Made by a program: the position numbers and the translations under genes. The notes under the pieces are model-generated. The model was not told the DNA's origin, did no database searches, and worked only from the letters and a program-made list of their open reading frames with translations. From contig OX597823.1 in the NCBI GenBank assembly GCA_951406725.2, forward strand, positions 4,030,001-4,094,000: DNA of 64,000 nucleotides. The letters run 5' to 3'. This document shows, in pieces, positions 53,761 through 64,000 of this stretch (within the stretch, counting starts at the first letter, position 1; every line of letters begins with the position of its first letter). Origin of the DNA: Octopus vulgaris (taxonomy: Eukaryota).

Positions 53761-53803
53761 TTCACACACACTTTCCATAACAATAAAAATAATAATAATA
53801 ATG

Positions 53804-54163
53804 ACAAGCACTCAGAGAGCACAATCCTCTGCTAAGGCAAACACCATCTTCTCAACGATTAGCCGGAGATGATTTTTAAAATGAGAATATCTGAAATAAA
53901 CTTGACTGCTTTCACAAACAAGAATACTAAAAGTGAACCCAACTGCTCTCAAAATTTAAGTAAAAAAAAAAACGGAAAAATAATCCAGAATCCTTGACTG
54001 GTACCAGATCAATCCCAAATCTAATCAGTTCGTGCCAGTCACAAGGCCAAACATCCCTGAAAGTTTCATCTGAATCCATCCAGCGGGTCTTGAGATATCT
54101 TGTCCATGGACAAACAAACAAGCATGACTGAAAACAATGCCTTCGCTTGGGTGGAGGTAATAA
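53804..54163 (-). mobile_element. Helentron/HINE-like non-autonomous element
   Basis: The minus strand starts ttattacctccacccaagcgaagg...tgttttcag...(ttgt)n. Copy of 45098-45458. Confidence 0.55.
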
Positions 54164-55535
54164 TCTGAAATTAAAGCTGTACATTGGTGAGGTGTGGAAT
54201 TTGGTGGGTGTCAGAATAAACAGAAATAAGTATAATGTGTGTTGGCGGTGGAACGATTAGCTACTGCTTCCTTCTGTCATCTTCATCATTGTTTCAACAC
54301 CAACTTTTCCATGCTTGCATAGAAGACTGGAAATAATCTCCGTCACTTGTCTGGTGCTGACACTTGTTTCCTATTTTTGGCTGATGTCAAGGCAAGGAGA
54401 CATGTGCACGTGTGTACACATCATCATCATCATTGTAATACCCACTTTACCTTGCTTGTATGAGCCAGATGGAATTCATTGAGGCAGATTTTCTATGGCC
54501 AGATACCCTTCAGGTTTCCTTGGTACATTTTGTTGTAGCATCAGTACTCGAGAGTTTATCAAATCCTCAAGACAAGTCTAAGAGTTTATTATTTACATTT
54601 GATGGATATTTGTCCTCCTCTTGCTCAGATAACTAAGTCCTTCAGTGTTTATTGGATGTTTGGCACCAGCACTAGTGAGGTTGCCTTGTACACAGCAAGG
54701 CAAAAGGCTTCACTACTCTGTTCACTCTAACACTACCAATAGAGTGAGCGAGTATAAGGGAGGATGCTCATAGACTATGAACTAGGGCAAGGAAGGAAAA
54801 GTGAAAGTATGATAAAGGAAACAATAGTGGTAGTATGTCATATGGAGAGATCAAATGGCAGGAGGTAATTATATATTTGCTGGCTGGGTAGTGTGATGGG
54901 TGTAAATTGTGACCTAAGGGAGAGAGAGACTGGTGGCTGGTAGTACAGATGGTTAATGTTAGATAGTAGGAGAAAGTGTGAGTGATGAATAATGTGTGTG
55001 TCTGTCTATATTTCATTCATGTACAATTGCAAAGAATGTAAGCCTCATAAAAAGAAACAAAAGGTTCCTTGAATAAAACCTAATGATTTACAGCCCCTCA
55101 CAGTGAACCAGTGATTAGCCTATTCTAAACTTCCAACCAACAAAATTGTGGTTCACAAATTGCTACATAAAATAAATCATTTTTTTTGTAAGCCACAAAG
55201 TGATTCCAATTCCCAGCTATAACTGTTTCATTTATATTTACATTGCTAATGTTCTTGGTTAAGGTATAAACATGGAATAAACTTTTATCTCCTCTATTAT
55301 AAAGCCGAGGTGTTGTGATTGTATAAGACTGCTGTTATTTTATGAGATTAGAAGCTGGTAGAAAGTTGGAGCCTAAGGAATGATAGTAAATCTCCATTCA
55401 GTAATTTAGTCATGTTTCTCTATGATTTAAACTGATGCTACAAATAAATACCTGTTATATGCTGGGCTTGGTTCGGCTGACTATATTCGCTCCCATGCAA
55501 ATTTTTCTAACTCTGAGCTGAGTATAGAAAATAAA

Positions 55536-56165
55536 ACTTTCTACTACAGGCACAAGGTCTGAAATTTTAGGGTAGGGATAAATCGATTGCATTGACCCCA
55601 GTGTGCAACTGGTACTTATTTATCAATCCTGAAAAGATGAAAGGTAAAGTCAGCCTAGGTGGTATTTGGACTCAAAACATAAAGATAGTGAAATGCCACT
55701 CAGCATTTTGCCTGGCATGCTCATGATTCTGTCAGCTTGTCTCCCAGAAATCATAATAATCCTTTTTACTATTGATGTAAGGCCTAAAATTTTGTGGGAG
55801 GGGGCCTAATCAGTTACATCAACTCAATGTGCAACTGGTACTTAATTTATCGGCCCTGAAAAGATAAAAGGCAAATTTGGCCTCTGCAGCATTTGAACTC
55901 AGAACGTAAAGGCACAAAATTTTAAGCATTTTGTCTGATGTGCTAATGAGTCTACCAGCTTGTTACCTTAGATGATGATGATGATAATTTCAAATTTTTG
56001 CACTAGGCCAGCAATTTGGGGGGAGGAGGTAAGTCGATCATATCGACCCCACTGCTTAACTAGTACTTGTTTTCACCCCAAAAAGGATGAAAGGTAAAGT
56101 TGACCTCGGCTGAATTTGAACTCCAAATATAAAGGTGGATGAAATGGTGCTAAGCATTTTGCCAC
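55536..56165 (-). repeat. Array of three diverged head-to-tail family-A SINEs
   Basis: The core gatgaaaggtaaagt...ctc recurs at about 55637, 55863 and 56086. Confidence 0.8.
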
Positions 56166-57724
56166 TCAGGTGTACTACAACTCATCAGAAAAGGGTAAAA
56201 GGAAGAAACAAACAGCAGCAATGATAACTGAAATTGCATAGACATAGGATGCAGGACGAAACAGAGAGAGAGAGAAAAGGGAACTATAATAAAAGCCATA
56301 TTATCACCTCCTATTGAAGGGGACTGTAATGTGTCCATGTTTTACTTAAGACCATTTCTATTTTTAGAATGACATTGTAAGGTAGGTATAAGAGGCCAGA
56401 TCTAGTCAGTCTGAACAAAAACCATGTAGAATATTTGGGCCAAATATGATCAGTTGAAATGCTAAAGGGTTAAACTAGGTGAATAGTTAAGTCTACCACC
56501 CAGGTAGGCCATGGAGGGATTTGAACTATGAATGCAAAGAACCTGGGTAAATACCACACAGGATCTTACCTAATCCTAATCCTCCTTATTAGATTAACAC
56601 TTTGTTACTGACCTTGAAAGAATAAAAGGCAAAGTTGACCTTAGTGGGATTTGAACTTGGAGCAGAGTGAGTCTGAACAGATACAGAGAAGCAGTCTGAT
56701 GCTCTACTAACTCTGCCAAAAAGGACAGGGTGGTCATTGTTAAAACACTTTTGATCATAGAGCTACTTAAGAAGGACTGAACTGGGTCAAAACAACAACA
56801 ACAAATTTCTATACTTTGGAAATTTTTAGGTTTATCTTGGAATTAATTAGAAGCAACGTAATGGGATATTTTAAGCTGAAAACCTGATGATGCGGAGTTA
56901 GATTTTCCTAACAGATATGGTGTGTGAACATGTGTAGTTGTTAACAAGCTTGTTTAGCAAATTCGTGGTTTTGGGTTCAGTCCCACTGTATGGCATCTTG
57001 GGCAAATGTCCTCTACTGGGCCAACCAGTGCCTTATGAATGAATTTAATTTGGTAGATAGAAACTGTGTGGAAGCCCTTTGTGTGTATGTCTGTCTGTCT
57101 GTCTGTGTTTGTCTCCCACCACCATTTAACAACTGGTATTGGTTTGTTTACATCCTTGTGACTTAGCAGTTTGGCAAAAGAGACCAATAGAATTATTACC
57201 AGATTGAATAATAAACCCTTCAAGGTGGTGCTCCAGCATGGCCACAGTCCAATGACTGAAGCAGGTTTTATTTCTTTAGGAGTGGAATGAGTAACAGGGG
57301 AGCAGCTAAGACAGCAGAACACTTTACAGTCTTTACTTTCATCCTGCTAAGGTTAACTTTGCCTTTCCATCTCTCTGGGGTTTGCAAATCCCTTTTGTTA
57401 GACACAAACCAACTGCTTCCTCTTATCCCTCTTTCTTGACACAACAGTTTTTTGAGTCTATTTAAATGAAATTATGTGGACCCTTGCTCAATTAATAAGC
57501 TGACTTTTGACTGTTTTTTGTAAGTTGGTAAAATAGATAACTGTAATATACTCAGGTTGACTCAACTGTCTCTAACCAAAGGCTAAACCTGTCTCAAAGT
57601 CAAATGAAAGAATTCAGTTCCATTCCAGTTTATTTTATTTTATGCTTTATTAAATTTTTCTGAGTTGTCTCCCTTCTTTGTTTCTCATTAATGTTCTTTC
57701 ATTGATTAACACTTATGTGTATAA

Positions 57725-57758
<34 letters not shown>

Positions 57759-57807
57759 TATGTATGTTATATATGAAGTATTTAAAATCTTTTTTTTTTA
57801 CCCACAG

Positions 57808-57885
57808 CCGAGAGAAAGAGGACACATGCGTTTTCACAAAATGCAAAATGTTCAGATATCACTGGATTTTTTACGGTACAAAGGG
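57808..57885 (+). CDS. shot: Next internal exon (78 nt, phase 0-0) of the same spectraplakin CH1 domain
   Basis: ttttttttacccacag|CCG...GGG|gtaagt. Translates PRERGHMRFHKMQNVQISLDFLRYKG (cf. plectin [26 protein letters not shown]). Joins in frame to 52076-52165. Confidence 0.95.
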
Positions 57886-58532
57886 GTAAGTTGGCAGTCA
57901 ATGTATTTCTGGAATTAAACTTTGCATACCACACCTGGCAGGTTTTTTGGGCTTGTTTGTTTTTGTTTTCGTTAATTTAGGGGGATTTAAAAAAATACTT
58001 TTCTATTTAATCTAAATTCCTTTGGCAATAAACATTTAGGGACTTCAGAGAGAGAGAGAGAGAGAGAGAGTGTGTGTGTTTGTGCAAAATATAGCACATG
58101 TCTGTGATTAAGAATTTCACTTCATCAGAAGGTTCTTGCTTTGATTGTACAGAATGGTGCCTTGAGTAGATATCTTCTACCTTTTTACTCTTGTCTTGGA
58201 TTGAACCCAAACCTTGTGAGTTGAATTGGGTTGATGTAAAGCGTGTGGAAGCCTCTTCTGACAGGTTGTACCTCTGAGTCTAAGAACCAGATTTGTTATC
58301 TAATGTGTTATGCTAAATTTCTTTAACCTTTTTCTTACCATATTTCAGTTGAAAGACTCTACCTTTGTTTCAAATAATTGTTTCAAATAATAAAGAATTT
58401 TGGTTAAATAAATTTGTGATTGTTAAAAAAGTGTTTGAAACCTAAATTAACATGAAATTTTGATGGAAGATTTTAATTTAGATTACTCCAAAAGAGGAAT
58501 CTTGCTTAATAGAGCTGAGTCTGGCCTCGGGT

Positions 58533-58964
58533 CAGCGCTGGATTAACCCAATAAGCAAAATAAGCACGTGCTTAGGGCATCAAGGGAAGGAGGGGGCACC
58601 ACAGAAATGAAAATGGTTTATGGTGCAAAAGAAATCGCTTTAAACTTGTTAAAATAATATTCATAATACCTACTAAATATAGAAGCAGAAGTTTTACATA
58701 AAATTAATTTTAACTGATTAGGCCCCTCCCACAAAATTTTAGGCCTTACATTTTTGCAATAAAAAAAAAACCAAGGAGAAAACTTTTCAAATATAAATAA
58801 GATGGAAGCATGCGAAAATAAACATTCTTTTCCATCTTTCTGTGAGTTTTGTTTCATTTTGAATAATAAAAATTTATTTTATGATTTATTATTATTTACA
58901 TATAGTTGAGGGCACTAAAATCTTTTAAGTGCTTAGGGCCTCAATGGGTCTGAACCTGGCCCTG
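58533..58964. mobile_element. hAT-like non-autonomous element with an 8-bp TSD, nested in a piggyBac-like MITE
   Basis: TIR-like cagcgctggatt / aacctggccctg. TSD cctcgggt (58525-32) / cctcaggt (58965-72). Confidence 0.75.
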
Positions 58965-59270
58965 CCTCAGGTGCATTGGTACGGAAAAGAGTAAAGATTA
59001 GATAAAGTGTACAAATATCTATGTTGATCCTCATAATTTCCCTACACCTCCACATGCAGCAGAATGCGCACCAACATGAGATAGTTGCCTCCATGGTATG
59101 AACCTATGTTGTTGGACGTACCTCATATTGGTTTCATCAGCCATATTCTTCCTTGAAGGCTCAGGGCACGTTGGAAGAGGGCATTCATTTTGGAGTTCTT
59201 CTTTGCCGGTATTGATTGCTTTCACTGCAGCTAAGGAACTCAATCTACCCTTACATCAGTCTATTTAACC

Positions 59271-59586
59271 CAGTGGTTCTCAGCTGGGGTTCATATGGCC
59301 CCTTGCAGTCCACAGAAGATTTTTGGGATCCACACAAGCAAAATAGTAAATTGGGTCCACAAGTAGTATTTTAAGGGTTCATGAAAAATTTTGTACGTAT
59401 TGCAAGAAACAGCTGGGTTTCTTTCTCTAACTTTTTACATAATTCAACCTCCACAAGTGAATGCTTGAAACAGAAAATAAGAATTTCAAAAGAAGTCTCT
59501 AGAAAACTAGTTTTTAAATATCAAGTCCACCAGAATGAAATCGGAATCCCAGGAGTCCATAGATAAGAAAGGGTTGAAAACCACTG
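59271..59586. mobile_element. hAT-like MITE
   Basis: TIRs cagtggttctcagc / gttgaaaaccactg. Flanks atttaacc / aattaatc (6/8 match, eroded 8-bp TSD). Confidence 0.7.
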
Positions 59587-59660
59587 AATTAATCCATAGA
59601 CAGGTATTATTGGCCCAGGTCAGAATGGACCTGAGAGTGATGGTAATTAAGGGGTGACAA

Positions 59661-59894
59661 GGGGGCGATCTGGCAGAAACGTTAGCACACCGGGTGAAAT
59701 GCTTAGCAGTATTTCGTCTGCTGCTACGATCTGAGTTCAAATTCCGCTGAGGTCGACTTTGCCTTTCATCCTTTCGGGGTCGATTAAATAAATACCAGTT
59801 ACGCACTGAGGTCGATATAATCGACTTAATCCATTTGTCCTTCTTTGTTTGTCCTCTCTGTGTTTAGCCCCTTGTGGGTAGTAAAGAAATAGGT
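59661..59894 (+). mobile_element. tRNA-derived SINE (family A), best-preserved copy
   Basis: A-box-like tggcagaaacgttag, B-box gagttcaaattcc, core gtcgactttgcctttcatcctttcggggtcgatt, CpGs retained. Confidence 0.88.
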
Positions 59895-60524
59895 AATTAT
59901 GGGGTGACTTCATGCTCTCCAGAACTGGAGCGTCATACCCAGGGCATGTTGATGCAAAGGGCCAAATAGTTCAGAAGTTTGCTTTGCAACCCAGTTCTGC
60001 TTCCTGATAACCTCACGCATAGTCTACAGTCTGTTGCCCTCCCTGTCTCTTCTTTTCTCCTCCCCCCTTATATTTACCTTCCTTCCTTTTTCTCTCACTT
60101 ACCTCTTCTTGTCTCTTCTTTCTCCCTCCCTCCCTCTTTGTATCCATATTCATTTAGTCTCTCTCTCTCTCTCTCTCTCTCCCCTTCATCCTTTACTCTC
60201 CTCTCTTCCCCTCTTATATGCATGATGTTCTTTTAACCTCTTTGTTTGTTTTTTCTCTGTAATTACACACTACGTACTGAATATATTATTGCACTGCATA
60301 CACACACACACACACGTGTATATGCAGGCTTATGTACATACATGCATATTCACATGTATGTATACAGTGAAATAGTGTGTATGTGTATACCTTACAGCCT
60401 TTTTCTTTCTACACAACAAATTATTTGTCTGCATGACTACATATATATATATACACACCTCTGAAGCACAATAGAAACAATTAACATTGTGTGTATACTA
60501 GCATGTATGTGTGTGTATACATAC

Positions 60525-60576
<52 letters not shown>

Positions 60577-61439
60577 ACACACATACATACATACATACAT
60601 ACATACATAAGCTGAAGCAGTGTTGGATCATATATTAATTACATATGTCAGTGTATATATTATTTGTACATAAATCAGTATGTATATCAGTAGAAACAAC
60701 AATATGTGCATACCTAGGTGTATATTAGTATACATATGCCAGTGTGTATGTTATTACTCGCATCTGTGTGTATATTACATACATTGGTGTGTATATATTT
60801 TGCCGAATTTTTGTCATTCAGCCTTTTGGGGCTGATAAGTTCCACCTGTGCATTGGAGTTGATGTAATTGACTTACCTGCTACCCCCGTAATTGCCGGCC
60901 TTGTGCTAAAATTTGAAATTAATATTAGCATATACATCAGTATATATGTTTATGTGTATATTATGTAGGTACTTGTATGAGTGTGTATATTATTGATGAG
61001 TCATCGAACCCAACACACCTTTGATGAGTCATACAGGTAATGCCTTTTCCCCCCCGCACACGTGATGCTAGTTGCAAAGGTCAGAATCGATGCAAGGAAG
61101 AATAACCTGTCATCACCTGCAACAGTTGGCATCAAATCTCAGCACACTGACAAATGGTGAAATGTCTGTGACTGATTCCACTGATACTGCTTTATTAATC
61201 TTTGACTCTTCTGTTCGTTTGTTCATTCTAGGAAATGGTAAATAATTCGTGCTGACATCTAAATTCACCTTTAGAAATTTCCTTATACCCCCCCACTCTC
61301 CCTCTTACTATGTGTGTGAGAATAGTGAAATAATTTATGTATCTAGAGAGAAAAGTAGAAAGAGAGCCTACAAAAGCAATACCTAAGCACACACTCATTT
61401 TTCACTGCATACACATGAACATGCATGTATATACATATA

Positions 61440-61960
61440 TAAGTTCAGTAAAATTTAGATTCAGTTGAATATGGTACTTACGTTAAAGGCACCAGAATTT
61501 AGAATGGTATTATTCATATAATTCAAAATGGGGTGATTATAATCAAAATAAGCAACAATCATATCCAGAGGTAATGCAGTACGATTGTTTCATGCAACTC
61601 CATTTAATTGAATAATGCAAGTATTACATCAGTTTTTCAAATGTAGAGCAATCTTCAGCTGCATAAAAATATAGAATTTAGTTAAATTGAAAAGATTCAT
61701 TTTTACTCTTTATTCCATTTTGTTGATGAAACTTGTTTCTCTGTCTACCTGCTTACCCTCTTTGTGATGTTGGTTAATGGAATAACTATAAAAATGAATC
61801 TTTTAAATTTAACTAAATTCTATATTTTTATGCAGCTGAAGATTGCTCTACATTTTAAAACTGATGTTATACTTGCATTGTTCAATTAAATGGAGCCGCA
61901 TGAAACGATCGTACTGCATTACCTCTAGATATGATTGTTGCTTATTTTGATTATATATAT
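61440..61960. mobile_element. TA-flanked foldback element, probably Penelope-like terminal repeat derived
   Basis: Inverted arms 61538-61705 / 61789-61955 with an 83-nt spacer. Homologous to 22275-22560. Each arm has a hammerhead-like core. Confidence 0.7.
61830..61919 (+). ncRNA. Minimal type I hammerhead ribozyme-like motif with palindromic stem III
   Basis: Stem I atgcag(61830-35)/ctgcat(61914-19), CTGAAGA 61836-42, long imperfect stem II (gctc.../...gagc), GAAAC 61902-06, palindrome ACGATCGT 61905-12, NUH = GTA 61911-13. Confidence 0.6.
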
Positions 61961-62218
61961 ATAAATACACACACGTGTGTGTGTGTGTGTATATGTGTGT
62001 CTTCACAAACCTATTCAGATGTTATATTTTGAATCTAAGTCTTCCCTCCAGCACTATTCTCGATTTCATATTTCTCCTTTTCACCAGTGACTCTTCTAAG
62101 AGAAAATGCTGTGCTGATAGCAACAACAATGAGAAACTTTAGATTTAACTGAATGAATAAACTCTCTTGGATGCATTGCATTCTCTTTATTTACTCCATT
62201 TATAAATTATTTATTTAT

Positions 62219-62975
62219 TTATATGGAAAGTAATGAATGATAGGTGAAATAAATAGTTTGTTCCTTGCGGAAAGTGATGTTATTTTCCGCCGGCATGTTA
62301 TGACTTTCAAGCCATTTTTGGTCTTCCTGCTTCAGCCATATATAGAAGCTGGCCTTTTCGACTGCCTCCTGTACTCTCCTTATTAGTTTTCTCAGCTCCA
62401 AGCTAGAAAAAACAAATCTTATTTTGAATAGCGTTGTCATTTTCCTTTCAATGAAGCCCGTAGCCCCCACTGCCAGGTGGCAATACTCGACATTCCATCC
62501 CTGTTCTCTGCACTCTTCGATTAGTTTTTCGTACCTCTTCTCCTTTTGTTTCTCTGCATTGTCGATGTTCTCTTCCCATGGCACTGTCAGTTCTAGTAAA
62601 ATTCCTATTCTCTATTCTCTGTCCCATAGGACTAAATCTGGTCTTTTTGTCGTTTTTATGAGTGGAAATATTACCAGTCTTTCCAAATCCATGGCCACCT
62701 CCCAGTATCCCTTCCATCTTTCGTCTATCTCGTATATGGTTTTATATCCTTTTCCCTCCTTCTGGAAGTATACTTTCCTGTGCTTTTCCACTTTTGGCTA
62801 CTCTCCCCTATTGTACCTCTTGATCTTATCCTTGAGTGCTGCACTTATGATGCCGAGGACTTGATTATACTGCCATGTATATCTTTCTAGTGTTAGTCTG
62901 AAGTTTGACAGAACATGTCTAACCGTCGCTTTCTCTCCGCATCTACACTCATCAGTTGTTTTTATGTTCCACCAC
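62219..62975 (-). mobile_element. 3' fragment of a HERO-like non-LTR retrotransposon (zinc knuckle plus restriction-like endonuclease)
   Basis: CRCGEKATVRHVLS...RYTWQYNQVL knuckle, then RPDLVLWD...LELTVPWEENI...KEKRYEKL...C.EQGW...LAVGATGF...VEKASFYIWLK. Frameshifted. (TAAA)n tail near 62205-62220. Confidence 0.85.
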
Positions 62976-63787
62976 ACCACAACTACAGATGCTGCAGTTC
63001 AGAGGATTCAAATGAGAACAGTTAATGGACCACATGATGTGTGTGGTGGTGGTGGTGGTGGTGGGGGATCACATGATTTCATGGTTGTCTCAGACTTTGC
63101 TGGGTTTGAACAATCCTTCCTCGTTGTGTTAGTGAACTCTGCAACACAGGTTGCTCAACAGTGGTCCTTCATCAACCTGTTGGGGTTGTTGATAATATCT
63201 TGGACATTCTGGAAAAAATGAGGTCTGCTGAAGATGTTTGACTATAGATAATGTCTCTGTCTTGGTTATGAATGACATATCCCTACTAGAAATCTCTGGC
63301 CCTTTTCCTAAATCACAACAATATGGACCCAACCTCATTCAAAAAGCGAGTAATCCTAGTTGATGGCTAGAGCCATGAGTATAGTTTTCCTTTGCACTCC
63401 CTGTGTCAGACTGGAACCTGCAATGTTGATGTCAATACATCTGAAGGAGAAATGGGGGGGGGTTAAAATTTGGTGGTGGCTGCGTAGCAACATCAAGGTT
63501 GTCTCCCTTTTATCTCTCACTAAAGTTTTTTTACTTCACAAATAGAAGTGGTGTGGTCTTGAACTGCTGTTTGAAACCCCCTCCCTCCACACCCTCACGC
63601 ACATGTATATATGTAAATTTGCTTCCCAACCACAAGATTTGGGGTTCAGTCCCACTACATGACATCTTGGGCAAGTATCTTCTGTTATAGCTTCAGGCTG
63701 ACCAAAGCCTTGTGAGTGGATTTGGTAGAGGAACTGAAAGAAGCCCATCGTGTATGTGTGTGTGTGTGAGAGATATGTAGAGACACA

Positions 63788-64000
63788 AGTGTTTGCCAAT
63801 TAAGGGTTCAGAGGCAATTTCCAGAGTGAACACCTATGAATCCCTGGGCATTACAGGAATGTTCAAACAAATCATCATCAAGAATAATGTAGAGGAGGCC
63901 AAGAAAGCCTCCAGATGGCTCTGGTTGAATAGTCGTAATCAGTGGAGTCAGTAGAATTCCACTTGGACACAGACTTAATCAACCTAGGCTGGGTCACCTG
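63788..64000 (+). mobile_element. C-terminal fragment of a second HERO-like element, running off the window
   Basis: KCLPI...SLGITG...IKNNVEEAKKASRWLWLNSRNQW followed by a 3' UTR-like atcaacctaggctgggtcacctg. Confidence 0.65.

Noticed and set aside
52166-57807. Search for a plectin exon 3alpha-like (PRERD...) microexon between the two CH1 exons
   Set aside because: No candidate with both good splice sites and a similar peptide was found by eye.
59031-59250. 70-aa minus-strand ORF in GC-richer sequence
   Set aside because: No recognisable domain or splice context. Possibly a retroelement 5' fragment, but unsupported.
59661-59750. tRNA-like sequences with A/B boxes (here and in many other copies)
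   Set aside because: They are SINE heads continuing into SINE bodies. No complete cloverleaf tRNA gene was recognised.

Overview
AT-rich, repeat-dense animal genomic DNA. The SINE and microsatellite repertoire looks like an octopus or other coleoid cephalopod (inference). Almost the whole window appears to be intron of one + strand spectraplakin gene (shot / MACF1 / dystonin / plectin family). Two clear CH1 actin-binding-domain exons lie at 52076-52165 and 57808-57885. A likely 18-nt microexon (HWRFSQ, 24314-24331) resembles the plectin exon 2alpha peptide HWRAE. The rest is tRNA-derived SINEs, decayed LINEs (RTE, CR1/L2-like, R4/Dong-like, HERO-like), non-autonomous DNA elements (piggyBac-, hAT-, Helitron- and Helentron-like) and microsatellites. 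Three long foldback elements stand out. Two lie next to (TA)n and carry Penelope-type minimal hammerhead-ribozyme motifs in the host gene's sense orientation. The third is a near-perfect hairpin with a 14-bp target-site duplication. Nearly all supplied ORFs are repeat or microsatellite artefacts. Repeat family names come from visual recognition, not database searches, and repeat boundaries are approximate.
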